A DNA stretch of 64,000 nt from NCBI GenBank assembly GCA_035456125.1, contig DATIDT010000029.1:8694-72693 (forward strand). Reading direction: 5' to 3'. How positions within the stretch are numbered: position 1 is the stretch's first letter; each line of letters begins with the position of its first letter. Source of the stretch: Gaiellaceae bacterium. Its GTDB lineage: Bacteria > Actinomycetota > Thermoleophilia > Gaiellales > Gaiellaceae. A model generated the notes under the pieces. That model did not search any database. It saw only the letters and a program-made list of their open reading frames with translations, and was not told the origin of the DNA. Shown in pieces: positions 53,538 through 62,717 of this stretch. Both the position numbers and the translations under genes were made by a program.

Positions 53538-54666
53538 GTTCGATCAGGCGGCCGGCGGCGATACCGGCGCCGACGCCGCGGCTACGGCGCACGGCATGAC
53601 GGATGTACTGCTCCGCGACGACTGCGTCCTGATGCGCGCCGACAACGTCCTGGAATGTCTTCGCCGCCGACACGACGCCGTCGCCCTTCTTGCCGAGCAA
53701 CTGAGACGACAGCTCGGTGGCATACCGCAGCCGCTTGGCCTGGATGCGTGCGCGGTGGAGCGCGTCGTTCGACGCGGTCGGACCGAGAGTGTCGACCTGA
53801 CGCTTCAGCTTCCTGAACTCGCGCCGGGTCAGGTCGGTGAGCGAGATGTCGCTCGTCGTCACCTGAGGCGTGTCCACGACCTGCCCGAGCAGCGCGAGCA
53901 CGTTCGCGTAGCGCTCCGACTCGAGCGTCTCGAGCAGCTCGCGCTGTGCAGCCTCACGCTCCTGCTCGAGCTGCGCGACGATCTTGGTCGCCGGCACGGC
54001 ATCCGGCCCGTCCAGCTCGGCGACCTCGCGGCGCAGGCGTGCGATCAGGACGTCGAGATCGCGCGCGGGGCCGAGCCGGCCGCCGAGCCACTCGAGCTCG
54101 TCTCGCAGCGTACGTCCCTGCTCGTCGCCGAGCAGCGCGCGCGCTTCGCGAAGCGCGGCTCGGGAGCGGCGGACGGCGACGCGCAGCTTGTGCAGGTCCT
54201 CGGCGTCCGAGCCGACGCGGACGGCCGGATCATGGCGCTCGATCGCCTCGAGCTGCGCCCGCAGGTAGGCGCGCAGATGCTCGACCGCAGGCGCACTCTT
54301 CGGCGGCGCCGCCTCCTGCGAGGGACGCTCGAGCGCCTCGGCGAGCGCCGCGTCCATGTCGTCGTAGCTCGCGAGCACGCGCTGGCCGTCGAGGAGCACG
54401 ACGTCGTCCTCGCCGCGGCGCAGCCGCGCAACCTGCACGACGTCGTCACCGCGCAGGAGCGCAGCGAGGACGCGTTGCAGCTCGGCGGGCGGCTTCGCCG
54501 GACCGCCGGGCGCCGACACCGTCGTGTCGCCGATCCGGGCTTCCCAGGTGCTCTTGCCCTTCTCGACGCGCCGGCGCAGCGGAATTCCTGCGCGGGTCAG
54601 GCGCCGGTCGGGCGTGTCGAGGTAGGTGGCGGTGAAGGTCGGCTCCGATCCGCTCTCGATCGCCAC
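53449..54666 (-). CDS. CHAD-domain protein with a truncated/degenerate CYTH-like N-terminus
   Basis: GTG start at 54666. ...YLDTPDRRLTRAGIPLRRR... (CYTH strands 2-3) but no ExExK. Then CHAD helices HKLRVAVRRSRAAL...HRARIQAKRLRYA. Confidence 0.8.
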   Translation of the reverse strand: MAIESGSEPTFTATYLDTPDRRLTRAGIPLRRRVEKGKSTWEARIGDTTVSAPGGPAKPPAELQRVLAALLRGDDVVQVARLRRGEDDVVLLDGQRVLASYDDMDAALAEALERPSQEAAPPKSAPAVEHLRAYLRAQLEAIERHDPAVRVGSDAEDLHKLRVAVRRSRAALREARALLGDEQGRTLRDELEWLGGRLGPARDLDVLIARLRREVAELDGPDAVPATKIVAQLEQEREAAQRELLETLESERYANVLALLGQVVDTPQVTTSDISLTDLTRREFRKLKRQVDTLGPTASNDALHRARIQAKRLRYATELSSQLLGKKGDGVVSAAKTFQDVVGAHQDAVVAEQYIRHAVRRSRGVGAGIAAGRLIERERARRVEARAGLPEAWKHLERRATKIWG

Positions 54667-54685
54667 GGTCCGGCGATCGTACCGG

Positions 54686-55681
54686 TCAGAAGATCGCTTG
54701 GATCGGCCAGTAGAACGCCGCTGCAACGAGTGCCGCCGCCGGGAGCGTGAGGATCCACGCGACGACGATGTTGCCCGCGACGCCCCAGCGCACAGCCGAC
54801 AGCCGGCGTGTCGCGCCGGCGCCCATCACGGCACCCGAGACGACATGTGTCGTCGACAGCGGATACCCCAACTTCGTCGCGAGGTAGATGGTCGTCCCCG
54901 CCGTGGCCTGCGCGGCGAAGCCGCTCTCGGGCTCCATCTGGAAGACGCGTTGTCCGAGCGTGCGGATGATTCGCCAACCACCGACGTAGGTGCCGAGGCC
55001 GATCGCGGCACCGGCTGACACCTTCACCCACGTCGGGATCGTGAGATCGGCGACGTCACCGTTGTCGTGGAGGACGAGCGCCAGGGCGATCACCCCCATC
55101 GTCTTCTGCGCGTCGTTCGCCCCATGGGTGAACGCGACCCACGTTCCGGTTCCGAGCTGGCCCAGACGGAAGCCGCGTGCCGCGAATCCCGGGTTGAGCC
55201 AGCGAAAGAGCCAGTAGAGGAAGAGCAGGAGCAGAAAGGCCCCGGCAAACGCGATCGCAGGTGCGAAGAGCGCGGGGATCACGACCTTGTGCGCGACGCT
55301 ATGCCACTCGACGCCCGCCTCGCCGGACTGAACGAGCGCGGCTCCGATGAGCCCGCCGATGAGCGCGTGCGACGAGCTCGACGGCAAGCCCAGCCGCCAC
55401 GTCAACAGGTTCCAGGCGATCGCGCCGATGAGCGCCGCGAACAGCGTTCCCAGCGTCGCGAGATTGCCGTCGATGATGCCGGTCGCGATGTTCTTGGCCA
55501 CCGCCGTCGTCACGAATGCGCCCGCGAGATTCGCGACCGCAGCGATCAGCACCGCCGCACGCGGCGAGAGCGCGCGCGTGCCCACCGACGTCGCGATCGC
55601 GTTGGCGGTGTCGTGAAAGCCGTTGGTGAAGTCGAACCCGAGCGCGATGACGACGACCAGGACGAACAGGACGTCGTTCAC
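54686..55681 (-). CDS. pitA: PiT-family inorganic phosphate transporter
   Basis: GFDFTNGFHDTANAIATSV and a second GANDAQKTMG motif. Confidence 0.9.
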   Translation of the reverse strand: MNDVLFVLVVVIALGFDFTNGFHDTANAIATSVGTRALSPRAAVLIAAVANLAGAFVTTAVAKNIATGIIDGNLATLGTLFAALIGAIAWNLLTWRLGLPSSSSHALIGGLIGAALVQSGEAGVEWHSVAHKVVIPALFAPAIAFAGAFLLLLFLYWLFRWLNPGFAARGFRLGQLGTGTWVAFTHGANDAQKTMGVIALALVLHDNGDVADLTIPTWVKVSAGAAIGLGTYVGGWRIIRTLGQRVFQMEPESGFAAQATAGTTIYLATKLGYPLSTTHVVSGAVMGAGATRRLSAVRWGVAGNIVVAWILTLPAAALVAAAFYWPIQAIF

Positions 55682-55687
55682 GCCCGC

Positions 55688-56308
55688 CTAACGGTTCTTG
55701 ACGAGGATCGCTTCGAGCACGTCGGCGGCGTTCTCGCAGGCGTCGACGGCTTCCTCGAGCTGCTCGTGGATGTCCTTCCAGCGGATGATGGTGATCGCAT
55801 CCGTTTCCGTCCTGAACAACTCCGACACGGCCTCGCGGTTCAGCCGGTCGCCCTCGTCCTCGAGATCGCGCAGCTCGTGCAGCTGGCGGTCGGCGTCCTT
55901 GAAGCCGTCGATCCGTTCGACGGCCTCGCAGAGCTTCTGCGTCGCGCGGAGGATGACGTGCGCCTGCTCCTTCGCCGCCGGTCGAATCTCAGCGATCCCG
56001 TAACCGGCGATCTTCCCGGCCGCCTCGTCGATGTGGTCACAGGTGTCGTCGAGCACGCTCGCAAGCTCGTACATGTCGTCGCGGTCGAACGGCGTGACGA
56101 ACGTGCGGTTGAGCAGGTCCACGACCTCGCGCGTCAGCCGATCGCCTTCGTGCTCCAGCTCTTTGATGTCGCGGAGCCGCCCCTCGCTCGGGGGGAAATC
56201 CTCGAGTAGCTCGACCAGGAGGCGCGCGATCTCGACGGCATTTCGTGCCGCACGGCTGTAGAGCACGAAGAACTCGCGCTTCTGCGGGACGAGCGAGAGC
56301 CGGGCCAC
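55688..56308 (-). CDS. DUF47 (PhoU-like) Pit accessory protein
   Basis: ...EHEGDRLTRE... and ...EDEGDRLNRE... repeated helical motifs. Immediately upstream of pitA. Confidence 0.85.
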   Translation of the reverse strand: MARLSLVPQKREFFVLYSRAARNAVEIARLLVELLEDFPPSEGRLRDIKELEHEGDRLTREVVDLLNRTFVTPFDRDDMYELASVLDDTCDHIDEAAGKIAGYGIAEIRPAAKEQAHVILRATQKLCEAVERIDGFKDADRQLHELRDLEDEGDRLNREAVSELFRTETDAITIIRWKDIHEQLEEAVDACENAADVLEAILVKNR

Positions 56309-56329
56309 CGGCGGCGGAGTCTCGCAGGT

Positions 56330-56542
56330 CTAGCCGGACGCGGCCAGACGAAGGTTCTCGCGGACGTGGCGATGCACCAGGACCGGCACGAAGTCCACGA
56401 CTCTCGCATTGCGCATCAGCTCGTCGGTCACGCGGACGAACTCGCGGTGCACCAGATCGCGATCCAACGCGACGAACTCGCGCGCAACCTCGGACTCGGC
56501 TTGCCGCATGCGCTGGTCGAAGTTCTCGTCGCGTTCAGTCAC
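56330..56542 (-). CDS. Small three-helix-bundle-type protein (70 aa)
   Basis: ...ARVVDFVPVLVHRHVRENL, a motif I recall from N-terminal dimerisation domains of actinobacterial phosphatase-family proteins. Tentative. Confidence 0.45.
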   Translation of the reverse strand: MTERDENFDQRMRQAESEVAREFVALDRDLVHREFVRVTDELMRNARVVDFVPVLVHRHVRENLRLAASG

Positions 56543-56555
56543 GAGGGACGCCGAT

Positions 56556-56583
56556 CTTGACTTCGGTCGCGGACGGAGTCAAG
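56556..56583 (-). terminator. Hairpin CTTGACT-N14-AGTCAAG spanning the phoU stop codon
   Basis: Read directly. 7-bp arms. Possible intercistronic attenuator. Confidence 0.3.
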
Positions 56584-57259
56584 ACCCGCGCGCCGGCGGG
56601 TGCGTTGCGTCCGTGAACTCACGAAACTCCGCAGTGAGCAGGTAGGCGACCTGCTCCCCGATGTCGACCGCGTGGTCGCCGATGCGCTCCAGCGAGCGCG
56701 AGACGAGCACCATCCGGAGACCGTACTCGCGCATCGCCGCCGCTTCGCCGAGCTCGAGGATCCGCTCGACGACACGGCGGTTGGCGCGGTCGACGAGCTC
56801 GTCGAGCGCGACAAGCGACTCCGCAGCCTCGAGGTCGCGATTCGCGAACGAGTCGAGCGCGATCTTGATCATCTCCTCGCAGCGCGCACCCATCTCTTCG
56901 AAGCCCTCGATGAAGCGAGGCGACGGCTCGACGTCCGGCACGAGCTTCGACAGCTTCGCGATCGTGACGCAGTAATCGGCCATGCGCTCGAGATGCAGGT
57001 TGACGTGGAGGATGGCGAGCACGAGGCGGAGGTCGCTCGCGACTGGCGTCTGCCGCGCCAGCAGCGTCTGGATCCCCTCTTCGATCGCGATGTACCGCTG
57101 GTCGACGTCGTCGTCGAACGCGATCACCTCGTCTGCGAGCTCGTGGTCGCGCTGCTCGAGCGCGTTGAGCGCGCCGCGGAGCGCCCGCAGGACGAGGTCG
57201 CCCTCCTCGTGGAGCGTCGCCTCGAGCACATCCAGCTCATCCTGAAACGTCGTCCTCAC
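56579..57259 (-). CDS. phoU: Phosphate signalling regulator PhoU
   Basis: GTG start behind GGAGGAC. Two PhoU repeats, ...DDDVDQRY... and ...ERIGDHAVDIGE.... Confidence 0.9.
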   Translation of the reverse strand: MRTTFQDELDVLEATLHEEGDLVLRALRGALNALEQRDHELADEVIAFDDDVDQRYIAIEEGIQTLLARQTPVASDLRLVLAILHVNLHLERMADYCVTIAKLSKLVPDVEPSPRFIEGFEEMGARCEEMIKIALDSFANRDLEAAESLVALDELVDRANRRVVERILELGEAAAMREYGLRMVLVSRSLERIGDHAVDIGEQVAYLLTAEFREFTDATHPPARGS

Positions 57260-57410
57260 GTCCTCCGCCGCCTTTCGCTCCCGCCCGGCGGAGCCGGGCT
57301 CCGCGAAAAGCTGCGGCCGCTGGCGCCGCGACCCTCTCCGGGCCCGTGCCGGTAAGCACTGTGCCCTCCGGGCTCCCGGCGCCCGCGGCCATTCGAGAAC
57401 GTGAGCAAGC

Positions 57411-58268
57411 TCATCCGAACCGGCCGGTGACGTAGTCCTCCGTGCGCTGGTCGGCAGGGTTCGTGAAGAGCTTGTCCGTCTTGTCGTACTCCACCAGGAT
57501 TCCCGAGCGCTTCCCGTCGTCGACCTGCAGCGAGAAGAACGCCGTCATGTCGGCGACGCGCGCGGCCTGCTGCATGTTGTGCGTGACGATCACGATCGTG
57601 TACTCGTTCTTGAGGTCGTGCATCAGCTCCTCGATCGCGGCCGTCGCGATCGGGTCGAGCGCCGACGCCGGCTCGTCGAGCAGCAGCACCTCCGGCTCGA
57701 TCGCGATCGCGCGCGCGATGCAAAGCCGCTGCTGCTGGCCGCCTGACAGCGAGAGGGCGCTCTTCTTCAGCCGGTCCTTGACCTCGTCCCACAATGCTGC
57801 GCCGGTCAGCGCCTTCTCGACGCGCTCGTCGAGGCCCTTCTTCATCCCGAGCACCCGCGGGCCCCACGCGACGTTGTCGTAGATCGACTTCGGGAACGGA
57901 TTCGCACGCTGGAACACCATCCCGATCCGCCGTCGCACCTCGACCGGATCGACGCCGTCGGCGTACATGTCCTGGCCGTGATAGAGCAGCTCCCCGTGGA
58001 CGCGAGCTCCGGGAACGAGGTCGTTCATGCGGTTCAGGCAGCGAATGAAGGTGCTCTTGCCGCACCCCGACGGGCCGATGAACGCAGTGATGAGGTTGCC
58101 GTAGATCTCGAGGTTGACGCCGCTGATGGCGGTGACCGGCCCGTAGGTGACGGCGAGATCGTTGATGTCGAAGACGATCTCGCGCTGCATCGGTGCGGCC
58201 GGCGCGCGTTCTTGGGCGATCTCCACGTGCGCCACGTCGACGGGGATCGTAACGTCGTCGGTCATCAT
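57411..58268 (-). CDS. pstB: Phosphate ABC transporter ATP-binding protein
   Basis: [45 protein letters not shown]. Confidence 0.95.
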   Translation of the reverse strand: MMTDDVTIPVDVAHVEIAQERAPAAPMQREIVFDINDLAVTYGPVTAISGVNLEIYGNLITAFIGPSGCGKSTFIRCLNRMNDLVPGARVHGELLYHGQDMYADGVDPVEVRRRIGMVFQRANPFPKSIYDNVAWGPRVLGMKKGLDERVEKALTGAALWDEVKDRLKKSALSLSGGQQQRLCIARAIAIEPEVLLLDEPASALDPIATAAIEELMHDLKNEYTIVIVTHNMQQAARVADMTAFFSLQVDDGKRSGILVEYDKTDKLFTNPADQRTEDYVTGRFG

Positions 58269-59152
58269 CGTCCGAGCTTCCTCCTGGAGCGGGCGAGCAG
58301 GGCCTTCGCGAGCAGGCTCGACACGAGCACGAACACCATCAGCACGAGCGCGGCGCCCCACGCCTGCTCGTGCAGCGCCTGGTCGGGCTGCTCGGAGTAC
58401 GTGAAGATCAGGACGGGGATGTTCGGCATCGCCTTCGAGACGTCGGTCGTAACCGTGCCGAGCTGGAAGATCGAGCTCGTGAAGAGCAGCGGCGCGGTCT
58501 CGCCGGCGGCGCGCGCGACGGCGAGGACGGCGCCGGTGAGGATGCCGCCAACGGCAGTCGGCAGGATCACGCCCATGACGCTCCGCCAGCGGCTGACGCC
58601 GAGCGCGAGACTGGCCTCGCGCAGCGCCGACGGCACGAGCAGCAGCGTCTCCTGTGCCGCGCGGGCGACGAGCGGCAGCATCACGATCGCGAGTGCGAAT
58701 GCGCCCGCGTACGCGCTCTGCCCGTTGCCGATGACGAGCAGGCCGTACACGAAGATGCCGGTGATGATCGTGGGCAGCCCGTTGAGGACGTCGAGCACGA
58801 GCTGAACCGGCTGAGCGACGGAGCGCGGCGCGAACTCCGTGAGGTAGATCCCGATCAGGACGCCGACCGGCAGCGCCAGCGCCGTCGCCATCGCGACGAT
58901 GATCGCCGAGCCGACGATCGCGCTGGAGATGCCGCCGCCGGGCTGGCCGAAGAGCGCAGGGGGCTTCGTGAGGAAGTTCCAGCTCAGCGCCGGCCAGGCG
59001 CGCAGGAGCACGGAGACGATGACGACGAAGAGCACAGCGACCGCCGCCAGCGCTGCAGCCCAGCCGATGAACTCCATGATCTTGTTGACGATCTTCCGCC
59101 GCCGCAGACCGCCGGAGGCTTTGAGCGTGACGGCAGGAGTGACGGCCGACAT
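58265..59152 (-). CDS. pstA: Phosphate ABC transporter permease PstA
   Basis: Internal start MSAVTPAV..., 1-nt overlap with the pstC stop. ...[12 protein letters not shown]... EAA loop. Confidence 0.9.
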   Translation of the reverse strand: MSAVTPAVTLKASGGLRRRKIVNKIMEFIGWAAALAAVAVLFVVIVSVLLRAWPALSWNFLTKPPALFGQPGGGISSAIVGSAIIVAMATALALPVGVLIGIYLTEFAPRSVAQPVQLVLDVLNGLPTIITGIFVYGLLVIGNGQSAYAGAFALAIVMLPLVARAAQETLLLVPSALREASLALGVSRWRSVMGVILPTAVGGILTGAVLAVARAAGETAPLLFTSSIFQLGTVTTDVSKAMPNIPVLIFTYSEQPDQALHEQAWGAALVLMVFVLVSSLLAKALLARSRRKLGR

Positions 59153-60120
59153 CAATGGGCTCCCTTGAGCGGATCGAAGACGCGCACGATGACCTGCGCG
59201 GCAAGGTTCGTCAGCAGCCCGATCACCATCAGGATCGCGGCGAGGTAGAGCAGGGACGCCGCCTCGAGGCCTGAGGCCGCTCCCTGGTAGCTCGCGGCGA
59301 TCTTGCTCGCGAGCGTATCGATCGGCCCGAAGACGTTCGCGGAGATCGTCGTCCCGCCGCCGATCACCTGCGTCACGGCGATGGCCTCTCCGAGCGCGCG
59401 ACCCAGGCCGAGGATGATCGCTGCGGCGATCCCCGTCCTCGTCGACGGGATGATGACGCCGCGCACCATCTCCCAGCGCGTGGCGCCAAGGGCAAGCGCT
59501 CCTTCCTCGAGCTCGTTCGGGACCTGCAGGAACAGCTCGCGGCAGATGCTGGCGATGATCGGGACGATCATGATCGTCAGGATCAGGCCGGCGGTGAACA
59601 GCCCGGTTCCGGTCGCGGAAGGTGGGCCGAACAGCGGGATGAAGCCGAGATGGTCGTGCAGCCACGGTTCGAGGTGGTCCGCGAGGAACGGGCCGAGCAC
59701 GAGGATCCCCCAGAGCCCGAGGACGACGCTCGGGATGGCAGCGAGCATCTCGACGAGCGACCCCACGACGCCGCGGACGCCGCCGGGCGCCAGCTCGCTC
59801 AACCAGAGCGCGATCGCGATCGAGAGGGGCGTCGCGATGACGAGTGCGATCAGCGAGCTCATCGCGGTGCCGTAGATGAACGGGAGCGCGCCGAAGACAC
59901 CCTTGACGGGGTCCCACGTCTTGCCTGTGACGAAGCTCAGCCCGTAGTGCTGGATGGCCGGCCACGCCAGGTGGATGACCTTCCAGACGATCGCGCCGAG
60001 CAGGACCAGGGCCGCGAGCGCGGCGAGAGCCGTCACGACCCTGAGGGCGACGTCGCCGATCCGGTCGGTGAGTCGGCGGGTGCTGCTGCGGAGGGAGTAC
60101 CCGGACGGCACGGCGCTCAT
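59152..60120 (-). CDS. pstC: Phosphate ABC transporter permease PstC
   Basis: 322 aa. ...[12 protein letters not shown]... EAA loop, six TM. Confidence 0.9.
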   Translation of the reverse strand: MSAVPSGYSLRSSTRRLTDRIGDVALRVVTALAALAALVLLGAIVWKVIHLAWPAIQHYGLSFVTGKTWDPVKGVFGALPFIYGTAMSSLIALVIATPLSIAIALWLSELAPGGVRGVVGSLVEMLAAIPSVVLGLWGILVLGPFLADHLEPWLHDHLGFIPLFGPPSATGTGLFTAGLILTIMIVPIIASICRELFLQVPNELEEGALALGATRWEMVRGVIIPSTRTGIAAAIILGLGRALGEAIAVTQVIGGGTTISANVFGPIDTLASKIAASYQGAASGLEAASLLYLAAILMVIGLLTNLAAQVIVRVFDPLKGAH

Positions 60121-60162
60121 CGGACGGCAACCCTAAACCGGAAGCCGCGCGACCAGACACCC

Positions 60163-60206
60163 GTTTACCAGCCTGTCACCACACCGTCACCTCGCGTCTG
60201 CCCACC
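60163..60206 (+). promoter_or_regulatory. Array of four 11-bp-phased direct repeats (Pho-box-like)
   Basis: GTTTACCagcc TGTCACCacac CGTCACCtcgc GTCTGCCcacc, read directly in the pstC/pstS divergent spacer. Confidence 0.55.
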
Positions 60207-60272
60207 CCTGCTCCGACGGGCGGCATGCTCGCCGCGATCGACTCCACGCCGACATACGGGAAGGAGGGCGAC

Positions 60273-61313
60273 TTGAGCAGGAAAACCATCACGCTGCTGA
60301 CGGGCGTCCTTGCGGCGCTCGCGGCAACTGCGATCGCCGGCTCCGCAGGAACGGCACAGGCTCGGCCGCAGGCGACCGAGTTGACGGGCGCCGGGAGCAC
60401 GTTCGTCGCTCCGCTCGTCGCCGTCTGGACGCAGAAGGTCGACTCGCTCGGCCTCAAGGTCACGTACGGGCCGATCGGATCCGGCGGCGGGATCAACGCC
60501 GTCACGAGCCGGACCGTCGATTTCGGCGCGAGCGACGCGCCGCTGACCCCGGATCAGTTCGCCGCCTGCAAGGGTTGCGTGCAGATCCCCTGGGCGCTCT
60601 CCGCAACGGCGATCGCGTACAAGGGCGACGCGCTGCCGAACCATGTCCACCTGACAGGTCAGGTGCTCGCGAGCATCTTCGCCGGCCGGATCACGAGCTG
60701 GACCGACCCGGCGATCAAGAAGCTGAACAAGGGCAAGTCGCTCCCGAACCTGAAGATCACCGTGATCCACCGCTCCGACAACAGCGGCACGACCTACAAC
60801 CTCACCGACTATCTGTCGCACGTCAGCCCGTCGTGGAAGAGCGCCCAGGGCAAGGGCGTCGCCGTCAACTGGCCGACCGGCATCGGCGCCCGCGGCAGCT
60901 CCGGCGTTGCGGCCGCGCTCAGCTCGACCGACGGCGGCATCACCTACGTCGACGTCGCGTACACGCTCAAGAACCACCTCAAGTTCGCGACCGTGAGGAA
61001 CAGGGCCGGGACGTACGCGCTCCCCGGGCTGACGGGAATCAAATCGGCGGCCGCAACCATCAACCGCGTTGCCCCCGACAACGGCGGGATCTCGATCGTG
61101 AACCCGGCGAGAACGCAGAAGCTCGCCTACCCGATCTGCACGTTCACGTACGTGATCGTCCCCAAGCAGACGTCGAAGGCAGCCGACCTGAAGAAGTTCG
61201 TGAACTGGGCGTTGACGAAGGGCCAGGCCGACGCGCCGAAGCTGCTCTTCGTGCCGATCCCAAAGGTCGTGCTCAGGGCGTCACTCAAGACGACCGCTCT
61301 GATCCACGGCTAG
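60273..61313 (+). CDS. pstS: Phosphate-binding protein PstS (Sec-type signal peptide, AQA cleavage site)
   Basis: GGAAGGAGGG RBS then a TTG start. GAGSTFVAP, YGPIGSGGG, FGASDAPL, RSDNSGTT motifs. Confidence 0.9.
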   Translation: MSRKTITLLTGVLAALAATAIAGSAGTAQARPQATELTGAGSTFVAPLVAVWTQKVDSLGLKVTYGPIGSGGGINAVTSRTVDFGASDAPLTPDQFAACKGCVQIPWALSATAIAYKGDALPNHVHLTGQVLASIFAGRITSWTDPAIKKLNKGKSLPNLKITVIHRSDNSGTTYNLTDYLSHVSPSWKSAQGKGVAVNWPTGIGARGSSGVAAALSSTDGGITYVDVAYTLKNHLKFATVRNRAGTYALPGLTGIKSAAATINRVAPDNGGISIVNPARTQKLAYPICTFTYVIVPKQTSKAADLKKFVNWALTKGQADAPKLLFVPIPKVVLRASLKTTALIHG

Positions 61314-61326
61314 CTTCGACGAGGCC

Positions 61327-62001
61327 CTACGGGGCGGGGAAGCTGCACACGACGCGCAGCCCCCGCCCCGGGCCGCCCGTCGCTTCCACCTGACCCCCCG
61401 CGGAGGCCACGACGTGCTTGACGATCGCGAGACCCAGCCCCGTCCCGCGCGAAGCACGCGCGCGGTCGCTGCGGTAGAACCGCTCGAACAACCGCGGCAG
61501 CTCCTCCTCGTCGACTCCGCGGCCGTCGTCCGAGACCTCGAGCAAGCCCGGCCGCGCAACGAGACGGAGGCTCGTGCCGGGGCCTGCGTACCGGATGGAG
61601 TTCAGCGCCAGGTTCTCGACGACGATCTGCAGCATGCGGCGGCGGAGCGGGATGACGACGTCAGGCGACGTGTCGATGAGGATCTCGACATCGGCACGCT
61701 CCGCGCTGTCCGCGAGCCGGTCACGTGTCTCCTCGAGTACCGGCAGCGCCGGCGTGCCCCCGAGCGAGACGACGAGGCGGCCGCTCTCGAGCTCGGACAG
61801 AAACAGCACGTCGTCGATCAGCTCGCGCATCTCCTCGACCTGCTCGCGCGCCTCGGCAAGCAGGGCGTCGCGGTCTGCTCCGGGCAGGTCGGCCGAGTCC
61901 AGGAGTGCCAGCAACCGCGCCAGCGGCGTCCGCAGCTCGTGCGAGACCGCAGCTGTAAAACCCACCCGGAGCTCCTCGTACGCCCGCGCGTCCTCCATCA
62001 T
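61327..62001 (-). CDS. Histidine kinase core only (HisKA + HATPase), no sensor or TM region
   Basis: 224 aa. The H-box AAVSHELRTPL begins at residue 17. N-box VENLALNSIRY, G-box DDGRGV...GTGLGLAI. The ORF cannot extend upstream. Confidence 0.8.
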   Translation of the reverse strand: MMEDARAYEELRVGFTAAVSHELRTPLARLLALLDSADLPGADRDALLAEAREQVEEMRELIDDVLFLSELESGRLVVSLGGTPALPVLEETRDRLADSAERADVEILIDTSPDVVIPLRRRMLQIVVENLALNSIRYAGPGTSLRLVARPGLLEVSDDGRGVDEEELPRLFERFYRSDRARASRGTGLGLAIVKHVVASAGGQVEATGGPGRGLRVVCSFPAP

Positions 62002-62012
62002 TCGGAGCGAGT

Positions 62013-62717
62013 ATGGCCAAAGTCCTGATCGTCGAAGACGACCGCGTCATCGCAGAGGGCATGGCGCGACACCTCTCCACCGCCGGCTTCGACCCGGTGG
62101 TCGTCGGCAAAGGCGAGCAGGGGCTTGCGCGCCTGCGCTTCGAGCGCCCGGACGTCGTCGTGCTCGACTTGATGCTTCCCGAGCGCGACGGCTGGAGCGT
62201 CATCCAGGAGGCACGGTCCGAGGGCATTGCGACGCCGATCGTCGTCGTCTCCGCGCGCGGCACCGAGCACGACCGCGTGCACGCGCTCGAGATCGGCGCG
62301 GACGACTACCTCGTCAAGCCGTTCTCGATGAAGGAGCTCGTTGCACGCGTCCGTGCGGCGACGCGCCGCGCGAACCGCCGCGACGACGCGCCACGCGGCG
62401 AGCCGATCGAAATCGAGGAGCTGCGCATCGACCCACGCGAAGTGCAGGCGTTCGTCGACGGCGAGAGCGCGGAGCTGACGCCGACCGAGTTCCGGCTCCT
62501 GTATCAGCTCGCGCTGGAGCGGGGCCGTGTCGTCACCCGTGACGAGCTGTTGCAGAAGATCTGGGGGCGCCGCGAGACGCATCGCGACCGCACCGTCGAC
62601 GTGTTCGTGCGGCGGCTGCGCGACAAGATCGACCGTCGCGCCTCGCGGCACACGTTCATCCAGACGCGGTACGGCGTCGGTTACCGACTCGAACCAGCGG
62701 ACAAAGACGGGGCGTGA
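62013..62717 (+). CDS. OmpR/PhoB-family response regulator (PhoP/RegX3-like by context)
   Basis: MAKVLIVEDD..., DVVVLDLMLPERDG, ...TRYGVGYRL. Confidence 0.9.
   Translation: MAKVLIVEDDRVIAEGMARHLSTAGFDPVVVGKGEQGLARLRFERPDVVVLDLMLPERDGWSVIQEARSEGIATPIVVVSARGTEHDRVHALEIGADDYLVKPFSMKELVARVRAATRRANRRDDAPRGEPIEIEELRIDPREVQAFVDGESAELTPTEFRLLYQLALERGRVVTRDELLQKIWGRRETHRDRTVDVFVRRLRDKIDRRASRHTFIQTRYGVGYRLEPADKDGA

Noticed and set aside
57260-57410. 150-bp pstB-phoU spacer with repeated CCGGGCTCC (57293 and 57368) and the palindrome GGAGCC-G-GGCTCC
   Set aside because: The region is GC-rich and low-complexity. The arms have a one-base loop, so this is not a plausible RNA hairpin, and there is no Pho-box phasing. 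I could not support a specific feature.
61327-62001. Idea that the short kinase is simply mis-started and continues upstream
   Set aside because: The track ORF already begins at the first possible start after an in-frame stop. The next 11 nt run into the oppositely oriented regulator gene, so the truncation is real in this assembly.
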